DNA of 64,000 nt, from the NCBI GenBank assembly GCA_964016885.1, contig OZ024758.1, forward strand, positions 34,410,001 to 34,474,000, given 5' to 3'. A program made the translations under genes and the position numbers. Below, in pieces: positions 12,234 to 26,330 of the stretch. The DNA is from Eledone cirrhosa (Eukaryota). The first letter of the stretch is position 1; each line of letters starts with the position of its first letter. The notes under the pieces were generated by a model, which saw nothing but the letters and a program-made list of their open reading frames with translations, was not told the origin of the DNA and did not search any database.

Positions 12234-14804
12234 TTGTCATAAGTAGCTCCAATGTTGGTGAGAATTCATTTAAGTCATGGTACTAGCTGTCAGAAGTAAC
12301 TCCAATGTTGGTGAGGATTCATTTAAGTTCATGGTATTAGTTTGTCAGAAGTAACTCCACTGTTGGTGAGAATTCATTTAAGTCATGGTATTAGTTGTCA
12401 GAAGTAACTCCAATGTTGGTGAGAATTCATTTAAGTCATGGTACTAGCTGTCAGAAGTAACTCCAATGTTGGTGAGAATTCATTTAAGTTCATGGTATTA
12501 GCTGTCAGAAGTAACTCCACTGTTGGTGAGAATTCATTTAAGTTCATGGTATTAGCTGTCAGAAGTAACTCCACTGTTGGTGAGAATTCATTTAAGTTCA
12601 TGGTATTAGCTGTCAGAAGTAACTCCACTGTTGGTGAGAATTCATTTAAGTTCATGGTATTAGCTGTCAGAAGGAACTCCAATGTTGGTGAGAATTCATT
12701 TAAGTCATGGTACTAGCTGTCAGAAGTAACTCCACTGTTGGTGAGAATTCATTTAAGTTCATGGTATTAGCTGTCAGAAGGAACGCCACTGTTGGTGAGA
12801 ATTCATTTAAGTTCATGGTATTAGCTGTCAGAAGTAACTCCACTGTTGGTGAGAATTCATTTAAGTTCATGGTACTAGCTGTCAGAAGTAACTCCACTGT
12901 TGGTGAGAATTCATTTAAGTTCATGGTACTAGCTGTCAGAAGTAAGTCCACTGTTGGTGAGAATTCATTTAATTCATGGTACTAGCTGTCAGAAGTAACT
13001 CCAATGTTGGTGAGAATTCATTTAAGTTCATGGTATTAGCTGTCAGAAGTAACTCCACTGTTGGTGAGAATTCATTTAAGTTCATGGTACTAGCTGTCAG
13101 AAGTAACTCCACTGTTGGTGAGAATTCATTTAAGTTCATGGTATTAGCTGTCAGAAGTCACTCCAATGTTGGTGAGAATTCATTTAAGTTCATGGTATTA
13201 GCTGTCAGAAGTCACTCCACTGTTGGTGAGAATTCATTTAAGTTCATGGTACTAGCTGTCAGAAGTAACCCCAATGTTGGTGAGAATTCATTTAAGTTCA
13301 TGGTATTAGCTGTCAGAAGTCACTCCAATGTTGGTGAGAATTCATTTAAGTTCATGGTATTAGCTGTCAGAAGTAACTCCACTGTTGGTGAGAATTCATT
13401 TAAGTTCATGGTATTAGCTGTCAGAAGGAACTCCAATGTTGGTGAGAATTCATTTAAGTCATGGTACTAGCTATCAGAAGTAACTCCACTGTTGGTGAGA
13501 ATTCATTTAAGTCATGGTACTAGCTGTCAGAAGTAACTCCACTGTTGGTGAGAATTCATTTAAGTTCATGGTATTAGCTGTCAGAAGTAACTCCGATGTT
13601 GGTGAGAATTCATTTAAGTCATGGTACTAGCTGTCAGAAGTAACTCCAATGTTGGTGAGAATTCATTTAAGTTCATGGTATTAGCTGTCAGAAGTAACTC
13701 CACTGTTGGTGAGAATTCATTTAAGTTCATGGTACTAGCTGTCAGAAGTAACCCCAATGTTGGTGAGAATTCATTTAAGTTCATGGTATTAGCTGTCAGA
13801 AGTCACTCCAATATTGGTGATAATTCATTTAAGTTCATGGTATTAGCTGTCAGAAGTAACTCCACTGTTGGTGAGAATTCATTTAAGTTCATGGTATTAG
13901 CTGTCAAAAGTAACTCCACTGTTGGTGAGAATTCATTTAAGTTCATGGTATTAGCTGTCAGAAGTAACTCCACTGTTGGTGAGAATTCATTTAAGTTCAT
14001 GGTACTAGCTGTCAGAAGTAACTCCACTGTTGGTGAGAATTCATTTAAGTTCATGGTACTAGTTGTCAGAAGTAACTCCACTGTTGGTGAGAATTCATTT
14101 AAGTTCATGGTATTAGTTGTCAGAAGTAACTCCACTGTTGGTGAGAATTCATTTAAGTCATGGTATTAGTTGTCAGAAGTAACTCCAATGTTGGTGAGAA
14201 TTCATTTAAGTTCATGGTATTAGCTGTCAGAAGGAACTCCAATGTTGGTGAGAATTCATTTAAGTCATGGTACTAGCTGTCAGAAGTAACTCCACTGTTG
14301 GTGAGAATTCATTTAAGTTCATGGTATTAGCTGTCAGAAGGAACGCCACAGTTGGTGAGAATTCATTTAAGTTCATGGTATTAGCTGTCAGAAGTAACTC
14401 CACTGTTGGTGAGAATTCATTTAAGTTCATGGTACTAGCTGTCAGAAGTAACTCCAATGTTGGTGAGAATTCATTTAAGTTCATGGTATTAGCTGTCAGA
14501 AGGAACTCCACTGTTGGTGAGAATTCATTGAAGTTCATGGTATTAGCTGTCAGAAGTAACTCCACTGTTGGTGAGAATTCATTTAAGTTCATGGTACTAG
14601 TTGTCAGAAGTAACTCCACTGTTGGTAAGAATTCATTTTAGTTCATGGTATTAGTTGTCAGAAGTAACTCCACTGTTGGTGAGAATTCATTTAAGTCATG
14701 GTATTAGTTGTCAGAAGTAACTCCAATGTTGGTGAGAATTCATTTAAGTTCATGGTACTAGCTGTCAGAAGTAACTCCACTGTTGGTGAGAATTCATTTA
14801 AGTT

Positions 14805-17166
14805 CATGGTATTAGCTGCCAGAAGTAACTCCACTGTTGGTGAGAATTCATTTAAGTCATGGTATTAGCTGTCAGAAGTAACTCCATTGTTGGTGAGAAT
14901 TCATTTAAGTCATGGTACTAGCTATCAGAAGTAACTCCACTGTTGGTGAGAATTCATTTAAGTTCATGGTATTAGCTGTCAGAAGGAACTCCACTGTTGG
15001 TGAGAATTCATTTAAGTCATGGTATTAGTTGTCATAAGTAACTCCAATGTTGGTGAGAATTCATTTAAGTCATGGTACTAGCTGTCAGAAGTAACTCCAA
15101 TGTTGGTGAGGATTCATTTAAGTTCATGGTATTAGCTGTCAGAAGGAACTCCACTGTTGGTGAGAATTCATTTAAGTTCATGGTATTAGCTGTCAGAAGT
15201 AACTCCACTGTTGGTGAGAATTCATTTAAGTTCATGGTACTAGCTGTCAGAAGTAACTCCAATGTTGGTGAGAATTCATTTAAGTTCATGGTATTAGTTT
15301 GTCAGAAGTAACTCCACTGTTGGTGAGAATTCATTTAAGTCATGGTATTAGTTGTCAGAAGTAACTCCAATGTTGGTGAGAATTCATTTAAGTTCATGGT
15401 ATTAGCTGTCAGAAGTAACTCCACTGTTGGTGAGAATTCATTTAAGTTCATGGTACTAGCTGTCAGAAGTAACTCCACTGTTGGTGAGAATTCATTTAAG
15501 TCATGGTACTAGCTGTCAGAAGTAACTCCACTGTTGGTGAGAATTCATTTAAGTTCATGGTATTAGCTGTCAGAAGGAACGCCACTGTTGGTGAGAATTC
15601 ATTTAAGTTCATGGTATTAGCTGTCAGAAGTAACTCCACTGTTGGTGAGAATTCATTTAAGTTCATGGTACTAGCTGTCAGAAGTAACTCCAATGTTGGT
15701 GAGAATTCATTTAAGTTCATGGTATTAGCTGTCAGAAGGAACTCCACTGTTGGTGAGAATTCATTTAAGTTCATGGTATTAGCTGTCAGAAGTAACTCCA
15801 CTGTTGGTGAGAATTCATTTAAGTCATGGTATTAGCTGTCAGAAGTAACTCCATTGTTGGTGAGAATTCATTTAAGTCACGGTACTAGCTGTCAGAAGTA
15901 ATTCCACTGTTGGTGAGAATTCATTTAAGTTCATGGTATTAGCTGTCAGAAGGAACGCCACAGTTGGTGAGAATTCATTTAAGTTCATGGTATTAGCTGC
16001 CAGAAGTAACTCCACTGTTGGTGAGAATTCATTTAAGTCATGGTATTAGCTGTCAGAAGTAACTCCATTGTTGGTGAGGATTCATTTAAGTCATGGTACT
16101 AGCTATCAGAAGTAACTCCACTGTTGGTGAGAATTCATTTAAGTTCATGGTATTAGCTGTCAGAAGGAACTCCACTGTTGGTGAGAATTCATTTAAGTCA
16201 TGGTATTAGTTGTCATAAGTAACTCCAATGTTGGTGAGAATTCATTTAAGTCATGGTACTAGCTGTCAGAAGTAACTCCAATGTTGGTGAGGATTCATTT
16301 AAGTTCATGGTATTAGCTGTCAGAAGGAACTCCACTGTTGGTGAGAATTCATTTAAGTTCATGGTATTAGCTGTCAGAAGTAACTCCACTGTTGGTGAGA
16401 ATTCATTTAAGTTCATGGTACTAGCTGTCAGAAGTAACTCCAATGTTGGTGAGAATTCATTTAAGTTCATGGTATTAGTTTGTCAGAAGTAACTCCACTG
16501 TTGGTGAGAATTCATTTAAGTCATGGTATTAGTTGTCAGAAGTAACTCCAATGTTGGTGAGAATTCATTTAAGTTCATGGTATTAGCTGTCAGAAGTAAC
16601 TCCACTGTTGGTGAGAATTCATTTAAGTTCATGGTACTAGCTGTCAGAAGTAACTCCACTGTTGGTGAGAATTCATTTAAGTCATGGTACTAGCTGTCAG
16701 AAGTAACTCCACTGTTGGTGAGAATTCATTTAAGTTCATGGTATTAGCTGTCAGAAGGAACGCCACTGTTGGTGAGAATTCATTTAAGTTCATGGTATTA
16801 GCTGTCAGAAGTAACTCCACTGTTGGTGAGAATTCATTTAAGTTCATGGTACTAGCTGTCAGAAGTAACTCCAATGTTGGTGAGAATTCATTTAAGTTCA
16901 TGGTATTAGCTGTCAGAAGGAACTCCACTGTTGGTGAGAATTCATTTAAGTTCATGGTATTAGCTGTCAGAAGTAACTCCACTGTTGGTGAGAATTCATT
17001 TAAGTCATGGTATTAGCTGTCAGAAGTAACTCCATTGTTGGTGAGAATTCATTTAAGTCACGGTACTAGCTGTCAGAAGTAATTCCACTGTTGGTGAGAA
17101 TTCATTTAAGTTCATGGTATTAGCTGTCAGAAGGAACGCCACAGTTGGTGAGAATTCATTTAAGTT
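14805..17166. repeat. Tandem duplication of a 1181-bp (22-monomer) unit
   Basis: ORF pairs 15072/16253 and 15503/16684. The markers GCTGCC and GTCACGG...AATTCC repeat at +1181. Confidence 0.88.
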
Positions 17167-20100
17167 CATGGTATTAGCTGTCAGAAGTAACTCCACTGTT
17201 GGTGAGAATTCATTTAAGTTCATGGTACTAGCTGTCAGAAGTAACTCCACTGTTGGTGAGAATTCATTTAAGTTCATGGTATTAGTTTGTCAGAAGTAAC
17301 TCCACTGTTGGTGAGAATTCATTTAAGTCATGGTATTAGTTGTCAGAAGTAACTCCAATGTTGGTGAGAATTCATTTAAGTTCATGGTATTAGCTGTCAG
17401 AAGTAACTCCACTGTTGGTGAGGATTCATTTAAGTTCATGGTATTAGTTTGTCAGAAGTAACTCCACTGTTGGTGAGAATTCATTTAAGTCATGGTATTA
17501 GTTGTCAGAAGTAACTCCAATGTTGGTGAGAATTCATTTAAGTCATGGTACTAGCTGTCAGAAGTAACTCCAATGTTGGTGAGAATTCATTTAAGTTCAT
17601 GGTATTAGCTGTCAGAAGTAACTCCACTGTTGGTGAGAATTCATTTAAGTTCATGGTATTAGCTGTCAGAAGTAACTCCAATGTTGGTGAGAATTCATTT
17701 AAGTCATGGTACTAGCTGTCAGAAGTAACTCCAATGTTGGTGAGAATTCATTTAAGTTCATGGTATTAGCTGTCAGAAGTAACTCCACTGTTGGTGAGAA
17801 TTCATTTAAGGTCATGGTACTAGCTGTCAGAAGTAACCCCAATGTTGGTGAGAATTCATTTAAGTTCATGGTATTAGCTGTCAGAAGTCACTCCAATATT
17901 GGTGATAATTCATTTAAGTTCATGGTATTAGCTGTCAGAAGTAACTCCACTGTTGGTGAGAATTCATTTAAGTTCATGGTATTAGCTGTCAAAAGTAACT
18001 CCACTGTTGGTGAGAATTCATTTAAGTTCATGGTATTAGCTGTCAGAAGTAACTCCACTGTTGGTGAGAATTCATTTAAGTTCATGGTACTAGCTGTCAG
18101 AAGTAACTCCACTGTTGGTGAGAATTCATTTAAGTTCATGGTACTAGTTGTCAGAAGTAACTCCACTGTTGGTGAGAATTCATTTAAGTTCATGGTATTA
18201 GTTGTCAGAAGTAACTCCACTGTTGGTGAGAATTCATTTAAGTTCATGGTATTAGCTGTCAGAAGGAACTCCAATGTTGGTGAGAATTCATTTAAGTCAT
18301 GGTACTAGCTGTCAGAAGTAACTCCACTGTTGGTGAGAATTCATTTAAGTTCATGGTATTAGCTGTCAGAAGGAACGCCACAGTTGGTGAGAATTCATTT
18401 AAGTTCATGGTATTAGCTGTCAGAAGTAACTCCACTGTTGGTGAGAATTCATTTAAGTTCATGGTACTAGTTGTCAGAAGTAACTCCACTGTTGGTAAGA
18501 ATTCATTTTAGTTCATGGTATTAGTTGTCAGAAGTAACTCCACTGTTGGTGAGAATTCATTTAAGTCATGGTATTAGTTGTCAGAAGTAACTCCAATGTT
18601 GGTGAGAATTCATTTAAGTTCTGGTACTAGCTGTCAGAAGTAACTCCACTGTTGGTGAGAATTCATTTAAGTTCATGGTATTAGCTGCCAGAAGTAACTC
18701 CACTGTTGGTGAGAATTCATTTAAGTCATGGTATTAGCTGTCAGAAGTAACTCCATTGTTGGTGAGAATTCATTTAAGTCATGGTACTAGCTATCAGAAG
18801 TAACTCCACTGTTGGTGAGAATTCATTTAAGTTCATGGTATTAGCTGTCAGAAGGAACTCCACTGTTGGTGAGAATTCATTTAAGTCATGGTATTAGTTG
18901 TCATAAGTAACTCCAATGTTGGTGAGAATTCATTTAAGTCATGGTACTAGCTGTCAGAAGTAACTCCAATGTTGGTGAGGATTCATTTAAGTTCATGGTA
19001 TTAGCTGTCAGAAGGAACTCCACTGTTGGTGAGAATTCATTTAAGTTCATGGTATTAGCTGTCAGAAGTAACTCCACTGTTGGTGAGAATTCATTTAAGT
19101 TCATGGTACTAGCTGTCAGAAGTAACTCCAATGTTGGTGAGAATTCATTTAAGTTCATGGTATTAGTTTGTCAGAAGTAACTCCACTGTTGGTGAGAATT
19201 CATTTAAGTCATGGTATTAGTTGTCAGAAGTAACTCCAATGTTGGTGAGAATTCATTTAAGTTCATGGTATTAGCTGTCAGAAGTAACTCCACTGTTGGT
19301 GAGAATTCATTTAAGTTCATGGTACTAGCTGTCAGAAGTAACTCCACTGTTGGTGAGAATTCATTTAAGTCATGGTACTAGCTGTCAGAAGTAACTCCAC
19401 TGTTGGTGAGAATTCATTTAAGTTCATGGTATTAGCTGTCAGAAGGAACGCCACTGTTGGTGAGAATTCATTTAAGTTCATGGTATTAGCTGTCAGAAGT
19501 AACTCCACTGTTGGTGAGAATTCATTTAAGTTCATGGTACTAGCTGTCAGAAGTAACTCCAATGTTGGTGAGAATTCATTTAAGTTCATGGTATTAGCTG
19601 TCAGAAGGAACTCCACTGTTGGTGAGAATTCATTTAAGTTCATGGTATTAGCTGTCAGAAGTAACTCCACTGTTGGTGAGAATTCATTTAAGTCATGGTA
19701 TTAGCTGTCAGAAGTAACTCCATTGTTGGTGAGAATTCATTTAAGTCACGGTACTAGCTGTCAGAAGTAATTCCACTGTTGGTGAGAATTCATTTAAGTT
19801 CATGGTATTAGCTGTCAGAAGGAACGCCACAGTTGGTGAGAATTCATTTAAGTTCATGGTATTAGCTGTCAGAAGTAACTCCACTGTTGGTGAGAATTCA
19901 TTTAAGTTCATGGTACTAGCTGTCAGAAGTAACTCCACTGTTGGTGAGAATTCATTTAAGTTCATGGTATTAGTTTGTCAGAAGTAACTCCACTGTTGGT
20001 GAGAATTCATTTAAGTCATGGTATTAGTTGTCAGAAGTAACTCCAATGTTGGTGAGGATTCATTTAAGTTCATGGTATTAGCTGTCAGAAGTAACTCCAC

Positions 20101-20928
20101 TGTTGGTGAGGATTCATTTAAGTTCATGGTATTAGTTTGTCAGAAGTAACTCCACTGTTGGTGAGAATTCATTTAAGTCATGGTATTAGTTGTCAGAAGT
20201 AACTCCAATGTTGGTGAGAATTCATTTAAGTCATGGTACTAGCTGTCAGAAGTAACTCCAATGTTGGTGAGAATTCATTTAAGTTCATGGTATTAGCTGT
20301 CAGAAGTAACTCCACTGTTGGTGAGAATTCATTTAAGTTCATGGTATTAGCTGTCAGAAGTAACTCCAATGTTGGTGAGAATTCATTTAAGTCATGGTAC
20401 TAGCTGTCAGAAGTAACTCCAATGTTGGTGAGAATTCATTTAAGTTCATGGTATTAGCTGTCAGAAGTAACTCCACTGTTGGTGAGAATTCATTTAAGGT
20501 CATGGTACTAGCTGTCAGAAGTAACCCCAATGTTGGTGAGAATTCATTTAAGTTCATGGTATTAGCTGTCAGAAGTCACTCCAATATTGGTGATAATTCA
20601 TTTAAGTTCATGGTATTAGCTGTCAGAAGTAACTCCACTGTTGGTGAGAATTCATTTAAGTTCATGGTATTAGCTGTCAAAAGTAACTCCACTGTTGGTG
20701 AGAATTCATTTAAGTTCATGGTATTAGCTGTCAGAAGTAACTCCACTGTTGGTGAGAATTCATTTAAGTTCATGGTACTAGCTGTCAGAAGTAACTCCAC
20801 TGTTGGTGAGAATTCATTTAAGTTCATGGTACTAGTTGTCAGAAGTAACTCCACTGTTGGTGAGAATTCATTTAAGTTCATGGTATTAGTTGTCAGAAGT
20901 AACTCCACTGTTGGTGAGAATTCATTTA
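15986..20928. repeat. Near-tandem duplication with a 2688-bp (50-monomer) offset
   Basis: ORF pairs 16253/18941, 16684/19372, 17114/19802 and 17706/20394. The AAGGTCATG variant was seen only at 17811 and 20499. Confidence 0.9.
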
Positions 20929-20929
20929 A

Positions 20930-23900
20930 GTCATGGTATTAGTTGTCAGAAGTAACTCCAATGTTGGTGAGAATTCATTTAAGTTCATGGTACTAGCTGT
21001 CAGAAGTAACTCCACTGTTGGTGAGAATTCATTTAAGTTCATGGTATTAGCTGTCAGAAGTAACTCCACTGTTGGTGAGAATTCATTTAAGTCATGGTAT
21101 TAGCTGTCAGAAGTAACTCCATTGTTGGTGAGAATTCATTTAAGTCATGGTACTAGCTGTCAGAAGTAACTCCACTGTTGGTGAGAAGTCATTTAAGTTC
21201 TTGGTATTAGCTGTCAGAAGGAACTCCACTGTTGGTGAGAATTCATTTAAGTTCATGGTACTAGCTGTCAGAAGTAACTACACTGTTGGCGAGAATTCAT
21301 TTAATTTCATGGTATTAGTTTGTCAGAAGTAACTCCACTGTTGGTGAGAATTCATTTAAGTCATGGTATTAGCTGTCAGAAGTAACTCCACTGTTGGTGA
21401 GAATTCATTTAAGTTCATGGTATTAGCTGTCAGAAGTAACTCCACTGTTGGTGAGAATTCATTTAAGTTCATGGTATTAGCTGTCAGAAGTAACTCCACT
21501 GTTGGTGAGAATTCATTTAAGTTCATGGTACTAGCTGTCAGAAGTAACTCCACTGTTGCTGAGAATTCATTTAAGTTCATGGTATTAGCTGTCAGAAGTA
21601 ACTCCAATGTTGGTGAGAATTCATTTAAGTTCATGGTATTAGCTGTCAGAAGTAACTCCACTGTTGGTGAGAATTCATTTAAGTTCATGGTACTAGCTGT
21701 CAGAAGTAACTCCACTGTTGGTGAGAATTCATTTTAGTTCATGGTATTAGCTGTCAGAAGTCACTCCAATGTTGGTGAGAATTCATTTAAGTTCATGGTA
21801 TTAGCTGTCAGAAGGAACTCCAATGTTGGTGAGAATTCATTTAAGTCATGGTACTAGCTGTCAGAAGTAACTCCACTGTTAGTGAGAATTCATTTAAGTC
21901 ATGGTACTAGCTGTCAGAAGTAACTCCACTGTTGGTGAGAATTCATTTAAGTTCATGGTATTAGCTGTCAGAAGGAACGCCACTGTTGGTGAGAATACAT
22001 TTAAGTTCATGGTATTAGCTGTCAGAAGTAACTCCACTGTTGGTGAGAATTCATTTAAGTTCATGGTATTAGCTGTCAGAAGGAACTCCACTGTTGGTGA
22101 GAATTCATTTAAGTTCATGGTATTAGCTGTCAGAAGTAACTCCACTGTTGGTGAGAATTCATTTAAGTTCATGGTACTAGTTGTCAGAAGTAACTCCACT
22201 GTTGGTGAGTATTCATTTAAGTTCATGGTATTAGTTGTCAGAAGTAACTCCACTGTTGGTGAGAATTCATTTAAGTCATGGTATTAGTTGTCAGAAGTAA
22301 CTCCAATGTTGGTGAGAATTCATTTAAGTTCATGGTACTAGCTGTCAGATGTAACTCCACTGTTGGTGAGAATTCATTTAAGTTCATGGTATTAGCTGTC
22401 AGAAGTAACTCCACTGTTGGTGAGAATTCATTTAAGTCATGGTACTAGCTGTCAGAAGTAACTCCACTGTTGGTGAGAAGTCATTTAAGTTCATGGTATT
22501 AGCTGTCAGAAGGAACTCCACTGTTGGTGAGAATTCATTTAAGTTCATGGTATTAGTTTGTCAGAAGTAACTCCACTGTTGGTGAGAATTCATTTAAGTC
22601 ATGGTATTAGCTGTCAGAAGTAACTCCAATGTTGGTGAGAATTCATTTAAGTTCATGGTATTAGCTGTCAGAAGTAACTCCACTGTTGGTGAGAATTCAT
22701 TTAAGTTCATGGTATTAGCTGTCAGAAGTAACTCCACTGTTGGTGAGAATTCATTTAAGTTCATGGTACTAGCTGTCAGAAGTAACTCCACTGTTGGTGA
22801 GAATTCATTTAAGTTCATGGTATTAGCTGTCAGAAGTAACTCCAATGTTGGTGAGAATTCATTTAAGTTCATGGTATTAGCTGTCAGAAGTAACTCCACT
22901 GTTGGTGAGAATTCGTTTAAGTTCATGGTACTAGCTGTCAGAAGTACCTCCACTGTTGGTGAGAATTCATTTAAGTTCATGGTACTAGCTGTCAGAAGTC
23001 ACTCCAATGTTGGTGAGAATTCATTTAAGTTCATGGTATTAGCTGTCAGAAGTCACTCCACTGTTGGTGAGAATTCATTTAAGTTCATGGTACTAGCTGT
23101 CAGAAGTAACCCCAATGTTGGTGAGAATTCATTTAAGTTCATGGTATTAGCTGTCAGAAGTCACTCCAGTGTTGGTGAGAATTCATTTAAGTTCATGGTA
23201 TTAGCTGTCAGAAGTAACTCCACTGTTGGTGAGAATTCATTTAAGTTCATGGTATTAGCTGTCAGAAGTAACTCCACTGTTGGTGAGAATTCATTTAAGT
23301 TCATGGTATTAGCTGTCAGAAGGAACTCCAATGTTGGTGAGAATTCATTTAAGTCATGGTACTAGCTGTCAGAAGTAACTCCACTGTTGGTGAGGATTCA
23401 TTTAAGTTCATGGTATTAGTTTGTCAGAAGTAACTCCACTGTTGGTGAGAATTCATTTAAGTCATGGTATTACTTGTCAGAAGTAACTCCAATGTTGGTG
23501 AGAATTCATTTAAGTCATGGTATTAGCTGTCAGAAGTAACTCCATTGTTGGTGAGAATTCATTTAAGTCACGGTACTAGCTGTCAGAAGTAATTCCACTG
23601 TTGGTGAGAATTCATTTAAGTTCATGGTATTAGCTGTCAGAAGGAACGCCACAGTTGGTGAGAATTCATTTAAGTTCATGGTATTAGCTGTCAGAAGTAA
23701 CTCCACTGTTGGTGAGAATTCATTTAAGTTCATGGTACTAGCTGTCAGAAGTAACTCCACTGTTGGTGAGAATTCATTTAAGTTCATGGTATTAGTTTGT
23801 CAGAAGTAACTCCACTGTTGGTGAGAATTCATTTAAGTCATGGTATTAGTTGTCAGAAGTAACTCCAATGTTGGTGAGAATTCATTTAAGTTCATGGTAT

Positions 23901-26330
23901 TAGCTGTCAGAAGGAACTCCACTGTTGGTGAGAATTCATTTAAGTTCATGGTATTAGCTGTCAGAAGTAACTCCACTGTTGGTGAGAATTCATTTAAGTT
24001 CATGGTACTAGCTGTCAGAAGTAACTCCACTGTTGGTGAGAATTCATTTAAGTTCATGGTACTAGTTGTCAGAAGTAACTCCACTGTTGGTGAGAATTCA
24101 TTTAAGTTCATGGTATTAGTTGTCAGAAGTAACTACACTGTTGGTGAGAATTCATTTAAGTCATGGTATTAGTTGTCAGAAGTAACTCCAATGTTGGTGA
24201 GAATTCATTTAAGTTCATGGTACTAGCTGTCAGAAGTAACTCCACTGTTGGTGAGAATTCATTTAAGTTCATGGTATTAGCTGTCAGAAGTAACTCCACT
24301 GTTGGTGAGAATTCATTTAAGTCATGGTATTAGCTGTCAGAAGTAACTCCATTGTTGGTGAGAATTCATTTAAGTCATGGTACTAGCTGTCAGAAGTAAC
24401 TCCACTGTTGGTGAGAAGTCATTTAAGTTCTTGGTATTAGCTGTCAGAAGGAACTCCACTGTTGGTGAGAATTCATTTAAGTTCATGGTACTAGCTGTCA
24501 GAAGTAACTACACTGTTGGCGAGAATTCATTTAATTTCATGGTATTAGTTTGTCAGAAGTAACTCCACTGTTGGTGAGAATTCATTTAAGTCATGGTATT
24601 AGCTGTCAGAAGTAACTCCAATGTTGGTGAGAATTCATTTAAGTTCATGGTATTAGCTGTCAGAAGTAACTCCACTGTTGCTGAGAATTCATTTAAGTTC
24701 ATGGTATTAGCTGTCAGAAGTAACTCCACTGTTGGTGAGAATTCATTTAAGTTCATGGTACTAGCTGTCAGAAGTAACTCCACTGTTGCTGAGAATTCAT
24801 TTAAGTTCATGGTATTAGCTGTCAGAAGTAACTCCAATGTTGGTGAGAATTCATTTAAGTTCATGGTATTAGCTGTCAGAAGTAACTCCACTGTTGGTGA
24901 GAATTCATTTAAGTTCATGGTACTAGCTGTCAGAAGTAACTCCACTGTTGGTGAGAATTCATTTTAGTTCATGGTATTAGCTGTCAGAAGTCACTCCAAT
25001 GTTGGTGAGAATTCATTTAAGTTCATGGTATTAGCTGTCAGAAGTCACTCCACTGTTGGTGAGAATTCATTTAAGTTCATGGTACTAGCTGTCAGAAGTA
25101 ACCCCAATGTTGGTGAGAATTCATTTAAGTTCATGGTATTAGCTGTCAGAAGTCACTCCAGTGTTGGTGAGAATTCATTTAAGTTCATGGTATTAGCTGT
25201 CAGAAGTAACTCCACTGTTGGTGAGAATTCATTTAAGTTCATGGTATTAGCTGTCAGAAGTAACTCCATTGTTGGTGAGAATTCATTTAAGTTCATGGTA
25301 TTAGCTGTCAGAAGTAACTCCACTGTTGGTGAGAATTCATTTAAGTTCATGGTATTAGCTGTCAGAAGGAACTCCAATGTTGGTGAGAATTCATTTAAGT
25401 CATGGTTCTAGCTGTCAGAAGTAACTCCACTGTTAGTGAGAATTCATTTAAGTCATGGTACTAGCTGTCAGAAGTAACTCCACTGTTGGTGAGAATACAT
25501 TTAAGTTCATGGTATTAGCTGTCAGAAGGAACGCCACTGTTGGTGAGAATACATTTAAGTTCATGGTATTAGCTGTCAGAAGTAACTCCACTGTTGGTGA
25601 GAATTCATTTAAGTTCATGGTATTAGCTGTCAGAAGGAACTCCACTGTTGGTGAGAATTCATTTAAGTTCATGGTATTAGCTGTCAGAAGTAACTCCACT
25701 GTTGGTGAGAATTCATTTAAGTTCATGGTACTAGTTGTCAGAAGTAACTCCACTGTTGGTGAGAATTCATTTAAGTTCATGGTATTAGTTGTCAGAAGTA
25801 ACTCCACTGTTGGTGAGAATTCATTTAAGTCATGGTATTAGTTGTCAGAAGTAACTCCAATGTTGGTGAGAATTCATTTAAGTTCATGGTACTAGCTGTC
25901 AGAAGTAACTCCACTGTTGGTGAGAATTCATTTAAGTTCATGGTATTAGCTGTCAGAAGTAACTCCACTGTTGGTGAGAATTCATTTAAGTCATGGTACT
26001 AGCTGTCAGAAGTAACTCCACTGTTGGTGAGAAGTCATTTAAGTTCATGGTATTAGCTGTCAGAAGGAACTCCACTGTTGGTGAGAATTCATTTAAGTTC
26101 ATGGTATTAGTTTGTCAGAAGTAACTCCACTGTTGGTGAGAATTCATTTAAGTCATGGTATTAGCTGTCAGAAGTAACTCCAATGTTGGTGAGAATTCAT
26201 TTAAGTTCATGGTATTAGCTGTCAGAAGTAACTCCACTGTTGGTGAGAATTCATTTAAGTTCATGGTATTAGCTGTCAGAAGTAACTCCACTGTTGGTGA
26301 GAATTCATTTAAGTTCATGGTATTAGCTGT
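20930..26330. repeat. Duplicated block ~20.9-22.8 kb -> ~24.2-26.3 kb (offset 3230 then 3554 bp)
   Basis: ORF pairs 21147/24377 and 21363/24593 (+3230), then 21901/25455 and 22601/26155 (+3554). Shared markers are GAAGTC-TTCTTGG, TACAC-GGCGAG and GTTGCTGAG. Confidence 0.82.

Noticed and set aside
18611-18630. Singleton indels and SNVs (e.g. AAGTTCTGG at ~18621, TGTTGAG at ~35821, TCTGAAGG at ~1365, TACCAG at ~3296)
   Set aside because: These are isolated point changes or possible consensus errors with no evident associated rearrangement. They are useful only as mapping markers.
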